This document shows positions 9,841 to 19,771 of a stretch of 64,000 bases of DNA, one piece after another. The stretch is from Bacteroidia bacterium (GTDB taxonomy: Bacteria > Bacteroidota > Bacteroidia > UBA4408). Below the pieces are notes generated by a model. The model saw only the letters and a program-made list of their open reading frames with translations. It searched no databases and was not told the DNA's origin. The DNA lies in assembly GCA_043778625.1 (NCBI GenBank), contig JAYWFU010000052.1:1197-65196 (forward strand), given 5' to 3'. The position numbers were made by a program, and so were the translations under genes. The first letter of the stretch is position 1, and each line of letters begins with the position of its first letter.

Positions 9841-11529
9841 ATGCTATCTAACAAAGAAATAAGTAACCTCATAAAATTAAATGCGCAGTTATTAGAACTA
9901 CACAACGGCAATGCATTTAAAATAAAAACACTCGTAAACGCAGCATTTAGATTAGGACGTATTGAACAACAATTATTTAGTTTATCGCAAGACGAACTCG
10001 AAAAAATAGAAGGAATAGGCAAAGGCATTGCTGCTAAAATAGTTGAAATTAGTACCACTGGAACCATTATCGATTTACAAGAGCTAATAGCCCAAACACC
10101 TGCTGGAGTTATTGATATAATGAGTATTAAAGGTGTAGGCCCTAAAAAAGTAGCTTTAATATGGAAAGAATTAGAAGTAGAAACAGTGGGCGAATTGTTA
10201 TATGCCTGCAAAGAAAATAGATTAGTAGATATAAAAGGCTTTGGCGAAAAAACGCAAGCAGAGGTTATTAAAGCCATTGAATTTAAGTTACAACATTCGG
10301 GGCAATACCACTACGCAAGTATTGAGGTAGTTGCTAACGAACTACTTACGCAACTACACCTAATTAAAGGGGTAAGTGCCGTTGCCATTACTGGCGATTT
10401 TTACCGTAAAACACCTACTATAAGTTATTTGCAATACGTAGTGCAGTGTGCTAATGTTGATTTTATTATCGCTCATTGCAACACAACCTACGGCAACGTT
10501 ACCACGGCAATTGACGCATATAACAATACTATTTTAAATTTTACTACTGATACAAGTATAAACATACAATTGGTAGTGAGCAGTGTAAATTCAATCGCAT
10601 TTAACCAGTTATATTACAGCTTTGCTAATGGCGATGGTATTTTTAAATTATTAAACATAACGGCAGCTCAACACAACTTAGCTACCGAAACCGAATTATT
10701 TGCACACGGAGGCTGGCCATATATAATACCCGAAATTCGTGAGGTATGCTACGCTCCTACCCTATTGCAAAACACTAACGCCAACGAGTTAGTACAACTG
10801 GCTAACTTACGGAGCATACTGCATTTTCATACCACCTACAGCGATGGCAAACACACACTAACACAAATGGCCAACCACGCACAACAACTTGGCTTTGGCT
10901 ATGTTGGCGTGTGCGACCACTCGCAAAGTGCATTTTATGCTAATGGCTTAACACCTGATAGAGTAGAACAACAACATATTGAAATTGAAAAATTAAATAA
11001 AACATATACTCCTGATTTTAAAATTTTTAAAGGTATTGAGTGCGATATTTTAAACAATGGCGATTTAGATTATACCAACGATGTGCTTGCCACCTTTGAT
11101 TTTGTAGTAGCCTCGGTACACAGTAATTTAAAAATGAATAAAACCAAAGCTACCGAGCGAGTATTACGCGCTATACACAATCCGTACACCACTATATTAG
11201 GGCATCCTACGGGTAGGTTGTTATTATCACGCCCTGGGTATGAATTGGAATGGGCCGAAATTTTTAAAGCCTGCGCCACAAAACAAGTTGTAATTGAACT
11301 TAACGCACACCCTTACCGTTTGGATTTAGACTGGACACTCATTCACCAAGCGCAGCAAGCAGGCTGTATGCTTAGTATTAACCCCGATAGCCACGAGATG
11401 CAAGGTTTTAATGACCTACAATACGGTGTACACGCTGCACGCAAGGGTTTACTTACTAAAAGTAATACATTTAATACACTTAATTTGCAGGAGTTTGAGC
11501 TGTATTTAAAAACAAAAAAGCGAGGATAA
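9841..11529 (+). CDS. polX: DNA polymerase X family (PolX) with C-terminal PHP phosphoesterase domain
   Basis: 562 aa. N-terminal HhH/pol-beta-like region ('IEGIGKGIAAKI', 'IKGVGPKKV') and C-terminal PHP motifs ('HFHTTYSDGKHTL', 'ASVHSN'). Confidence 0.8.
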   Translation: MLSNKEISNLIKLNAQLLELHNGNAFKIKTLVNAAFRLGRIEQQLFSLSQDELEKIEGIGKGIAAKIVEISTTGTIIDLQELIAQTPAGVIDIMSIKGVGPKKVALIWKELEVETVGELLYACKENRLVDIKGFGEKTQAEVIKAIEFKLQHSGQYHYASIEVVANELLTQLHLIKGVSAVAITGDFYRKTPTISYLQYVVQCANVDFIIAHCNTTYGNVTTAIDAYNNTILNFTTDTSINIQLVVSSVNSIAFNQLYYSFANGDGIFKLLNITAAQHNLATETELFAHGGWPYIIPEIREVCYAPTLLQNTNANELVQLANLRSILHFHTTYSDGKHTLTQMANHAQQLGFGYVGVCDHSQSAFYANGLTPDRVEQQHIEIEKLNKTYTPDFKIFKGIECDILNNGDLDYTNDVLATFDFVVASVHSNLKMNKTKATERVLRAIHNPYTTILGHPTGRLLLSRPGYELEWAEIFKACATKQVVIELNAHPYRLDLDWTLIHQAQQAGCMLSINPDSHEMQGFNDLQYGVHAARKGLLTKSNTFNTLNLQEFELYLKTKKRG

Positions 11530-11550
11530 TTTGTTAACCGTTGAGCTACA

Positions 11551-12513
11551 TTATTTGTTAATCAACCCAAAGTCAAGCGCAATCCAATAGGTGCTAAAAA
11601 AATCTTTATCAGCGGCAAACGTACCTACTGCTCCGCCTTGTATTGGTCCATTACCCGGGTCAATCATTAATGTATGACCTAAGTTATTTACTTCGTAAAA
11701 ACATACGGCATTACCATACTTGTATTTAGTAATGTTAGCTTGGTTATTAAATGCACTGTAAGTTGTGGTTGGTAGGCTATCTATGTTATGTAGTGCCGTC
11801 CATTGGTTAATGAGTGTGTACGAATTTTTAATGTTTACTACCAAATCATTTTTTCCGTGTAGTACTACTAATCGTGGATAAGGTTTAGCATAAGTTGGGT
11901 TTTGGGCGTGCACGTATTCTTTTAACTCATTAGCTGTATAACCGCTAGGGCTAAGCATTGTTTTTAAACTATTTAACGGATTTGCACTAGGCACAAAAGG
12001 CCCACCAGCTAATATTGCCCCTGCATTAAATAGTTGTGGATAATTGGCCAGTAGCGCTACACTCATTAGTGCGCCTGCTGATAAGCCATAGGCAAATATT
12101 TTAGTAGTATCTATTACATACTTTTTTTGCACTTCGTTTATCATTTGTTTTATAGAATATACTTCTCCGTTATCTTTTGTAATATCGTTTTGCAAAAACC
12201 AATCGAAACAGCCTTGCGGATTATTTAAAAATTTTTGCTGTGGATACAGTACATAAAAACCGTACTCGTCGGCCAACTTATTCCAACCAGATTGCTCCGC
12301 TATACTTTTAGCATTTTGCGTGCAACCATGTAGTACCACTACCAAAGGCTTTGGGGCATTACTACTATTAATGGGCACGTGTACAAACGCTTTTAAATTA
12401 CCTGGATTAGTCCCATAATCAGTTAAAGGTATTAAGTTCTGTTGTGCCAATGTTACCTCCGTAATGCAACAACTAAATAATAATACAATAAGGTTTATTA
12501 AAAAACAGTTCAT
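11551..12513 (-). CDS. Secreted esterase, PHB-depolymerase/LpqC family (alpha/beta hydrolase)
   Basis: Start placed at internal Met ('MNCFLINLIVLLFSCC' signal peptide), which abuts the wzc stop at 12515. 'VVVLHGCTQN' and the 'GLSAGA' GxSxG nucleophile elbow. Confidence 0.7.
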   Translation of the reverse strand: MNCFLINLIVLLFSCCITEVTLAQQNLIPLTDYGTNPGNLKAFVHVPINSSNAPKPLVVVLHGCTQNAKSIAEQSGWNKLADEYGFYVLYPQQKFLNNPQGCFDWFLQNDITKDNGEVYSIKQMINEVQKKYVIDTTKIFAYGLSAGALMSVALLANYPQLFNAGAILAGGPFVPSANPLNSLKTMLSPSGYTANELKEYVHAQNPTYAKPYPRLVVLHGKNDLVVNIKNSYTLINQWTALHNIDSLPTTTYSAFNNQANITKYKYGNAVCFYEVNNLGHTLMIDPGNGPIQGGAVGTFAADKDFFSTYWIALDFGLINK

Positions 12514-12514
12514 A

Positions 12515-14935
12515 TTACGCTCCAAATATTTTTTTGTACCACGGTTTGTTATCCTCGCTGCCATAGCCTGCCGAGTAGCTATAACCGTACACATAACTAT
12601 AGCCATAACCGTAAAGGTAGCCATAAGCTCCGTTGTAATTACGTGTATTATTACGCTTTACACCATTAAGTATGTACGACACCTTATCAATATTATTTAT
12701 CTTAAATATTTCTTCTGCATTTTCTACCGAACGCTTGTTGGCATAACCTGTATTTAATACAAATATGTTGGCATCGGTATATTTCATAAGTACTATACCA
12801 TCGGTTATTAAGCCAATTGGCGGCGTGTCTAATATCAAATAATCATAGTTAGCTTTGGCATAGGCTATTAACTCTTGCATTCGATTATTTAATATTAATT
12901 CGGACGCATTAGGCGGAATAGGCCCGCACACTATGGTACTTAGGTTATCCACACTGGTTGATTTTATTACGGCCTCAATTGGCAATTGCCCCGATAAATA
13001 GTTACTCATACCCACGTCCGACACTACATTCAACCCCTTATGTACCTTGGGGCGGTGCATATCCATTTCTACTACTAACACTTTTTTGTCAGACTTTGCA
13101 AGTAGTGCCGAAAGATTTAATGAGCAAAACGTTTTTCCTTCGCCCGGATTGTAAGATGTTATTAATATAACCCGCGATTCTTTTTTATGACTAATTAAAT
13201 ATTCTAGGTTAGTTCTAAATGTTCTAAACGATTCGGTAACAGGGGCTTTGGGATTAGCATTAACCACCAAGTACGACGATAGAGTTTCTTTAGCTTGCTG
13301 TATTTCGGCGATTATAGGGCGATGTGTGGCTAACTTTAATTCGTCAACGCTTTCAATTTTATCAAAAAACATTACACGCAAAAACACGAGTATCAAACTA
13401 ATAATGGCAGCTATACCTATGAAGGTAGTAATTATTTGTTTTTTGTCGGGAGCTACCACACCAATGTTTCGTGCTACTTCCACGATTTTGGTTTCGGGTA
13501 CTAAGCCTGCTTTTGTTATAATGGTGTTAGCACGTTTTTCTAACAAAAACAAATACATTTTTTCGTTTACCTGCAATTTACGCTGTATGTTAAGTATGTC
13601 GCGTTCTTTTTTTGGTATTGTTTTAATATTATTTTCGTATGTGCCAATTTGTTTTTGCACTCTACCACGTGCGCCAATTAAGGCTTTGCGCAAATTTACC
13701 AAGTAGGTTAGCAAGTTAGTTTTAACACGCCCCATTTTTTCGTCAGTAATTTTTAATGCCTCGTTACCTTCGTTGGTAGAGTACATTTGATTAATACGAG
13801 AAATTTGCATCGTGTATAATTCGTTTACGCTTTTGGTTAAAAAAGCATCGTCATTTAACACGTATACTGACGGTGGCAATAACACAGGGTCTTTATTCTC
13901 TACAATGTATTTTTCTAAGGCATCAATAGTCCCTAGCTTTAAGTTTAACTCAGTACTTTGCCCATCGTAAGCACTTAATTTGGTAAAATAATCTTTTTCT
14001 TGTTCGTCTAAATCCAATATCGATTTGGAGGATTTATAGTTTTCTAAATTATCTTCGATACCTGTAAGTACGCCCGTTACCTCTTCCAATTGCTTGTCAA
14101 TATAACGCAACGTATTATCGCTAATTTGATATTTAGTTTCTAATGTATTTTCGGTGTATAGTTGCGTAAGTGTATCCAAAAATGTTACGGCACGTTGCGC
14201 AATTTCGTCACGCACATTTATAGTCATAATAGTAGAGTTAGCGGCTACTGTAGCAGTTATAGCACCCTTAAACTTATTGGTAAGTGTTGTTTTATCATGA
14301 AACACTACATAATAATTTATTTCTTGCAACTCCTCCGCACTTTGCTTAGTAATGTTAAGTGCTCGTAGTTGAATAATAAATATATCGTTAGAAAACACTT
14401 CGTTATATTTTACTTTATCTATACGAGGCACACCGTTAAACGTATATTTAAGTTCTATATAAGTAGGGTTGTCAATTTTAATATATATTGGTACTTCGTA
14501 AAAGGTAGGCGATACATTTTTTACGGTAATTTTAAATGGCAAATTTTCGTATATCTCTGTAGTGCGTAAGCGCCCAGTGATGTAGTACGACACGTTTAAA
14601 TCCAGTTTATTTACAGCACGTGCCACTAAATCGTGCGACTTGAGTATGTTTACCTCGTCAGCATAATCCTTGTAATAGTCAGTCCACCACGGAAAACCAA
14701 TACCTTGGTTAATTTCTTGGCTATAACCAGTTTCTTTATTGTTTAATAATATTTGCGACTGGGCAGAATATATATCTACCATTTTGTAAGTATATACATA
14801 GCCTGCTGCTGCTGCAATGGTTATTAAGCTAATAACTATTAGTATGTTTTTACGAATAACACGTGCCGCAAAAGCTATGTCCTCAGCGTTTATAAGCGCT
14901 TTTTTTTTATTAAATTCTATATTGTTATTTTCCAT
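12515..14935 (-). CDS. wzc: Polysaccharide co-polymerase / BY-kinase (Wzc-like tyrosine autokinase)
   Basis: 806 aa. N-terminal Wzz-like periplasmic domain between two TM segments. Walker A 'SYNPGEGKTF'. C-terminal Tyr cluster 'GYLYGYGYSYVYGYSYSAGYG'. Confidence 0.85.
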   Translation of the reverse strand: MENNNIEFNKKKALINAEDIAFAARVIRKNILIVISLITIAAAAGYVYTYKMVDIYSAQSQILLNNKETGYSQEINQGIGFPWWTDYYKDYADEVNILKSHDLVARAVNKLDLNVSYYITGRLRTTEIYENLPFKITVKNVSPTFYEVPIYIKIDNPTYIELKYTFNGVPRIDKVKYNEVFSNDIFIIQLRALNITKQSAEELQEINYYVVFHDKTTLTNKFKGAITATVAANSTIMTINVRDEIAQRAVTFLDTLTQLYTENTLETKYQISDNTLRYIDKQLEEVTGVLTGIEDNLENYKSSKSILDLDEQEKDYFTKLSAYDGQSTELNLKLGTIDALEKYIVENKDPVLLPPSVYVLNDDAFLTKSVNELYTMQISRINQMYSTNEGNEALKITDEKMGRVKTNLLTYLVNLRKALIGARGRVQKQIGTYENNIKTIPKKERDILNIQRKLQVNEKMYLFLLEKRANTIITKAGLVPETKIVEVARNIGVVAPDKKQIITTFIGIAAIISLILVFLRVMFFDKIESVDELKLATHRPIIAEIQQAKETLSSYLVVNANPKAPVTESFRTFRTNLEYLISHKKESRVILITSYNPGEGKTFCSLNLSALLAKSDKKVLVVEMDMHRPKVHKGLNVVSDVGMSNYLSGQLPIEAVIKSTSVDNLSTIVCGPIPPNASELILNNRMQELIAYAKANYDYLILDTPPIGLITDGIVLMKYTDANIFVLNTGYANKRSVENAEEIFKINNIDKVSYILNGVKRNNTRNYNGAYGYLYGYGYSYVYGYSYSAGYGSEDNKPWYKKIFGA

Positions 14936-14974
14936 AGTAGTAGTTATAAATATGCTACAAAATAAATTGTATGC

Positions 14975-16231
14975 CTATGTTTTTTGAGGTTTCTTTTTGG
15001 CCGCTGGAAACAGTATGTTATTCAATATTAATCGATAGCCTGCTGAGTTAGGGTGTAGGTTTAAATCCGTTGGAGGGTCGCCCACTGCGTGCTGATAATC
15101 CTCAGGGTCGTGCCCTGCATAAAAAGTCCAAGTACCTTTGCCAAACTCACCATGTATGTATTTGGCTTCGCCTATGGCTTTGTTTTCGCCTAATATTAAT
15201 ACACCAGGTTTAATATACTCCTTACGAAACGCAGTGGTTTGCCCCATAAATCCTTTAATAATTTGCTCGTGATTTTGGCATAACATAGTAGGCACAATAT
15301 CCCACTTGGCACTAAATTCAAATAGGCTAAATACATCGTTTTCCTTACTTATTTTGCGAGTTTGTGTGGCATCAATATCCGAGTACTCGTACTCCATAGG
15401 GTTAGGGTGCAATTTAAAATTTTGAAACGCAAATGTATTTGTAAATTTTAATTTTGAATTAGCGTTAGGGTCGGACGCATCGCCATCAAACATATCCTCG
15501 CATATATCCACACCATCGGCAGCTAGAGCAATATCATAACTATCGGTACCGCTACACATCGTAAACAAAAAACCGCCACCTGCCGTAAACTCCTGTATGC
15601 GCTTGGCCACACCTAATTTAAGCTGCGACACTTTGTTAAATCCTAATTTAGTAGCGCGTGCTTCGGCGGCACGCTGTTCTTCTTGGTACCATGCTGCGTT
15701 GCGGTAAGCGGCATAAAACTTACCGTACTGCCCCGTAAAATCTTCGTGGTGCAGGTGTAGCCAATCGTAAGTGGGGAGCTTGCCTGCAATAATTTCTTCG
15801 TCGTATATTTTTTCGTAGGGTATTTCGGCGTACGCTAATACTAGTGTTACGGCATCGTCCCAAGGTTGCTTTGTTTTGGGGGTATACACTGCTATTTTGG
15901 GTGCTTTCTCTAACTTAACTACTTCCATATTAACTTGTGGGTCGGCTATTTCTTGAAGTATTAAATTTACTCGTGCATCAGCAATAACTTCGTAACTAAT
16001 ACCACGTATGTTAAGTTCATTTTCAACTGGTTGTAGATTTTTAATTAAAAAACTTCCGCCACGGTAGTTAAGCAACCACTGAATATCTACGTTATTGCTA
16101 ATAGTCCAATAGGCTAATCCGTAGGCTTTTAGGTGATTTTTTTGGCTTTCGTCCATAGGAATCAATAACGACGAGGCGTGTGCAACTACACTACACAACA
16201 GCACTACCACTAAACATATACTACGCATCAT
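14975..16231 (-). CDS. Secreted protein of unknown function with a class-I glutamine amidotransferase-like (ThuA/DJ-1-like) region
   Basis: 418 aa. Signal peptide 'MMRSICLVVVLLCSVVAHA'. 'KIAVYTP...' and 'GGGFLFTMCSGTD' resemble a GATase1-like nucleophile-elbow fold. It is not Wza. Confidence 0.45.
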   Translation of the reverse strand: MMRSICLVVVLLCSVVAHASSLLIPMDESQKNHLKAYGLAYWTISNNVDIQWLLNYRGGSFLIKNLQPVENELNIRGISYEVIADARVNLILQEIADPQVNMEVVKLEKAPKIAVYTPKTKQPWDDAVTLVLAYAEIPYEKIYDEEIIAGKLPTYDWLHLHHEDFTGQYGKFYAAYRNAAWYQEEQRAAEARATKLGFNKVSQLKLGVAKRIQEFTAGGGFLFTMCSGTDSYDIALAADGVDICEDMFDGDASDPNANSKLKFTNTFAFQNFKLHPNPMEYEYSDIDATQTRKISKENDVFSLFEFSAKWDIVPTMLCQNHEQIIKGFMGQTTAFRKEYIKPGVLILGENKAIGEAKYIHGEFGKGTWTFYAGHDPEDYQHAVGDPPTDLNLHPNSAGYRLILNNILFPAAKKKPQKT

Positions 16232-16299
16232 TACAACGATTTTTTATTATTGGAGTTAAAAATAGGTATTAAAACTGCTAACGCCTAACACAAAGTGTG

Positions 16300-17625
16300 C
16301 TAGTTATTTTGAGTGTTTAATTTTATTGTTTCGAAAGCAAATTTCATACATGAGCTTATGTACTCATCAATTTCGCTTAATAGTAATGGAGAAGTATGTA
16401 ATTTTTCTAATATTATTTTTTGATTAAAGGTTAATCTATAATATTCTTCATACAACCCAATACTTAATTCAAAAGTAATATTTTCGGTTTTACTGTTTTT
16501 TGCACCTATAAAGTTCATCTTCCAGCAAATTACATTTACATTGTGGTTGTGTTGCAACTGTTCTTTTAATAATGTAAATGAATTACCTACTTCTTCCTGT
16601 ATAACTCCACCTAAGTCAAAACTATTGGTATCGTTTGAAAGCACAAATAGTGTTTTAAATTCTAAAAGTTTTTCAGAAAGTTTTTGAACCAAAGGAATTA
16701 AATCATTCTCAATACATTTACTCACAATTTCATCAGTTCTACTATTGTTTTTTTCAACCGTTGCTAATTGTGCTTTTGTCCACAATGCAATTTCTTTTTG
16801 AATATCATCCATCTCTTCTATGCTTTCGCCCTTAGTGGCTTTTAAAGTAGTTTGTAAGCTCCATAAGGCTTGCTTAGCTATGTAATCCACAAAGGCATTA
16901 ATATTGCCTACATCAGCTTGATTAAGAGCGGCTAGGTAGTTTTTTTTATCTGCCGACTTTATAATTACAGGTGGTAAATTATTTTTAATTAATACATAAT
17001 TCATCAGCAAGCGAGATATTCTACCATTGCCATCATCAAACGGATGGATGCACACAAATTTGTAATGTAACTTAGCCGCAATTTCTATGGCATGCATTTC
17101 GTTATTAGCAATTGCATCAATATACCATTGCATTAACTCGCCCATTTTTATTGGAGTTTCGGCAGGAGAGGCATACTCAAACATTTCACCATTTTGCAAC
17201 CTTACCGAATTAGGGTGTTGCTTGTAATTACCTACTGTAATTAATCTACGAGTGGGGGTTCCGTCAAGCGTTTTAGCTTTTTTGTAAAAAGCACGTACTA
17301 ATATAGTTTCATTTAAGTTTTTAATAAACGTTTCGTTTAATGGACGCTCTGTATCTATTGCTAAATCTTGTATTAAGGCGTAAGCCAAATCATGCGCTTT
17401 CATTTCTTCTAACTCACGTAAATCGTGATTGCCATCAGTCCTATCAAAAAACAATAATAGCTCCGTATTGGCATACGTAAGCGTGTTACCCTCAATGTGG
17501 TTGCTATTGTAATTAAATTCTAACCTAAATTTTTTAGCTAACCTTTTTTTATTTTCAATAGTAATTGGTTGCAACTCGTTAATTTGAGTTACTAATGATT
17601 CAATTTCAGTTAAAATAGATTGCAT
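16300..17625 (-). CDS. Fic family AMPylase (Fido domain) with N-terminal inhibitory motif
   Basis: 441 aa. Canonical Fic motif 'HPFDDGNGRISR'. Upstream 'SNHIEG' fits the (S/T)xxxE(G/N) auto-inhibition helix of class II Fic. ~150-aa C-terminal extension. Confidence 0.85.
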   Translation of the reverse strand: MQSILTEIESLVTQINELQPITIENKKRLAKKFRLEFNYNSNHIEGNTLTYANTELLLFFDRTDGNHDLRELEEMKAHDLAYALIQDLAIDTERPLNETFIKNLNETILVRAFYKKAKTLDGTPTRRLITVGNYKQHPNSVRLQNGEMFEYASPAETPIKMGELMQWYIDAIANNEMHAIEIAAKLHYKFVCIHPFDDGNGRISRLLMNYVLIKNNLPPVIIKSADKKNYLAALNQADVGNINAFVDYIAKQALWSLQTTLKATKGESIEEMDDIQKEIALWTKAQLATVEKNNSRTDEIVSKCIENDLIPLVQKLSEKLLEFKTLFVLSNDTNSFDLGGVIQEEVGNSFTLLKEQLQHNHNVNVICWKMNFIGAKNSKTENITFELSIGLYEEYYRLTFNQKIILEKLHTSPLLLSEIDEYISSCMKFAFETIKLNTQNN

Positions 17626-17672
17626 TTTTATTCAGATTAGTTAATGTTTCGATAGCTAATTTTATTAGTTAA

Positions 17673-18038
17673 CTACCCATGTATAGCCTCGTAAGCCGCT
17701 TTAATAGTAGCACCTGCGTTGCCAATAAATATTTGGTTGTTTACAATAATTACAGGGCGTTTTAAAAACGTGTACTCCATGAGTATGTATTTTTCGTAAT
17801 CGGCCTCAGTAAGTACTAATTTATCGAGCCCAAGCGAGCGGTATTTCATAGCCTTACGACTAAATAAATTTTCGTGCGTACCTGCTAACCCAACCATAGT
17901 AATGAGCTCGGCAGGGGTTACTGGTGCTGATTTAATTTCGCGCAGTACTGTAGTAGCAGGCAAATTTAATTGGTCCATTATTTTGGTACAAGTGCGGCAA
18001 GTACTAAGGTAAAATACGGTTATTTTATTATTAGACAT
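17673..18038 (-). CDS. ArsC/Spx-family thioredoxin-fold protein
   Basis: 121 aa. N-terminal 'FYLSTCRTC' CxxC-type motif and length typical of the ArsC/Spx/YffB family. Confidence 0.7.
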   Translation of the reverse strand: MSNNKITVFYLSTCRTCTKIMDQLNLPATTVLREIKSAPVTPAELITMVGLAGTHENLFSRKAMKYRSLGLDKLVLTEADYEKYILMEYTFLKRPVIIVNNQIFIGNAGATIKAAYEAIHG

Positions 18039-18086
18039 TTTGATTTTAGGTTTATGTATATATTTAACAAATTTAAAAAAATAATA

Positions 18087-19151
18087 ATGCCAGTGAAGCC
18101 TGCTATTAACAATGTATTAAAGCATGTAAGTATTCAAAAAATAATTATCCCTATTGCATTAGGGTTAAGTTGCATTGCCTACTTATTGTACACCAAAATA
18201 ACCGCTAACACATTTAGCAACATTCGTTGGACTAACGTTTCTACACTTGCAATGCTACTTGCCCTGCTAATGCTTGCACTCCGCGACTTTGCCTACATGG
18301 TACGTATGCGTATATTAAGCAAGCAACACTTGAGTTGGAAACAGTGTTTTGACGTAGTATTTTGCTGGGAATTTGCTAGTGCAGTAGCACCTGGTGCTAT
18401 TGGTGGTGGATTTGCCTTTGCCATATTTGCACTACACAAAGAGCAACTACCATTGGGTAAAAGCCTAGCAATAGTGCTACTTACCAGCTTTTTTGATGGA
18501 TTGTTTTTTATCATAGGTGCACCGATTTTATACTTTACGTTTGGCAAAGCGCAATTATTTTACAATGTAACTAATTCAACACAAGTTATTAGCAATAGCC
18601 AAGCATTACACAGTGCGTTTTGGAGTATTTATTGCTTGGTAATAGTGTACAAATTAATAGTAGGTTACGCATTGTTTATAGATGCTGGCGCAATAAAAAA
18701 AATATTGCAAAAACTATTTAGCATACCGCTATTACAACGTTGGAAAGTAAAAGCCTTAGCCACTGGCGACGAACTTATTATAGCTTCGCAAGAATTAAAA
18801 CAAGAAACAGTAAGTTATTATTTAGGCGGATTTGTAGCCACGGTAGCATCATGGACGGCCCGCTTTACAATTGTTAACTGCATAATTATTGCATTTTCGG
18901 CTGGCGATATTCCCCAACTATTATTGTTTGCAAGGCAGGTAGTGGTAGGTATTTTAATGATGGGCACTCCAACCCCTGGCGGGGCGGGCTTAGCCGAACT
19001 TTCGTTTGGTAATTTTTATGGCGAATTTATTAACAATGCAGGTTTAACGGTAGCACTGGCACTGTTGTGGCGTATGTTTTCGTATTATCCGTATTTAATT
19101 ATGGGGGCAATAGTAGTACCCCGTTGGCTGCGTAGAGTAATAGCTAATTAA
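18087..19151 (+). CDS. UPF0104/LPG-synthase-TM-like integral membrane protein
   Basis: Start moved to the internal ATG ('MPVKPAINN...') to avoid overlap with the ArsC-like gene. ~8 TM helices with a Gly-rich C-terminal region 'GTPTPGGAGLAELSF', typical of the flippase-like family. Confidence 0.5.
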   Translation: MPVKPAINNVLKHVSIQKIIIPIALGLSCIAYLLYTKITANTFSNIRWTNVSTLAMLLALLMLALRDFAYMVRMRILSKQHLSWKQCFDVVFCWEFASAVAPGAIGGGFAFAIFALHKEQLPLGKSLAIVLLTSFFDGLFFIIGAPILYFTFGKAQLFYNVTNSTQVISNSQALHSAFWSIYCLVIVYKLIVGYALFIDAGAIKKILQKLFSIPLLQRWKVKALATGDELIIASQELKQETVSYYLGGFVATVASWTARFTIVNCIIIAFSAGDIPQLLLFARQVVVGILMMGTPTPGGAGLAELSFGNFYGEFINNAGLTVALALLWRMFSYYPYLIMGAIVVPRWLRRVIAN

Positions 19152-19172
19152 ATTAAGTAAAATAAAATAAAC

Positions 19173-19727
19173 TTATTTGTGTTTTTCGAGTTTATCCAAC
19201 TTACTATTAATATTGTTGAGTAGTTCAAATTGTTTGGCTTGTGTATCAAACAACGTTTTAATTTGTTCCTCAAGCAATAAATTCATTTTTTGATGCAGAC
19301 TTCTAATTTCCATCTCTGCTTTAAGATTTATTAAATAATCGCTTTCGCCTCGTACCCGATCTTTTTCCTCCTGACGGTTTTGACTCATCATAATTATTGG
19401 TGCTTGTAATGCTGCAATACACGACAATATAAGATTCATTAATATGAACGGATAAGGGTCAAAATGCGCTCCGACTGGCGTAAGTACGTTAAATAAAATC
19501 CAGACGGTTAATATACAACCGAACAAAATAATAAATTTCCAGCTCCCTCCAAAGCGCGCCACTTTATCGGAAATAAGTTGCCCTCGAGTTACTAGTTCCT
19601 CTTGTGGCTGCTGTAATTTATTAATAATTAATTCTTCCTCGGTAATTGCATCTTGTACTATTTGATGTAATTTTAAAAGATTTTCATTACCTTTTTTTAA
19701 TAATTGTTCTACGGGTTTATTTTTCAT
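19173..19727 (-). CDS. DUF1003 family membrane protein
   Basis: 184 aa. Two TM helices flanked by coiled-coil. 'FGGSWKFIILFG' resembles the DUF1003 core. Confidence 0.6.
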   Translation of the reverse strand: MKNKPVEQLLKKGNENLLKLHQIVQDAITEEELIINKLQQPQEELVTRGQLISDKVARFGGSWKFIILFGCILTVWILFNVLTPVGAHFDPYPFILMNLILSCIAALQAPIIMMSQNRQEEKDRVRGESDYLINLKAEMEIRSLHQKMNLLLEEQIKTLFDTQAKQFELLNNINSKLDKLEKHK

Positions 19728-19771
19728 AGTGTGCTATTGTGGTATTTTTCATTGTTAAAAAAAAATACTAC

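Noticed and set aside
12540-12640. GY-rich low-complexity DNA repeat (…ccataaccgtaaaggtagccata…)
   Set aside because: It encodes the functional C-terminal tyrosine cluster of the Wzc BY-kinase, so it is an expected feature and not a separate repeat element.
17970-18086. Upstream part of the 393-aa ORF (MVHYFGTSAAS…) overlapping the ArsC-like gene
   Set aside because: Overlaps the 3' half of a convergent gene. An internal ATG at 18087 gives a sensible membrane-protein N-terminus, so the extension is likely untranslated.
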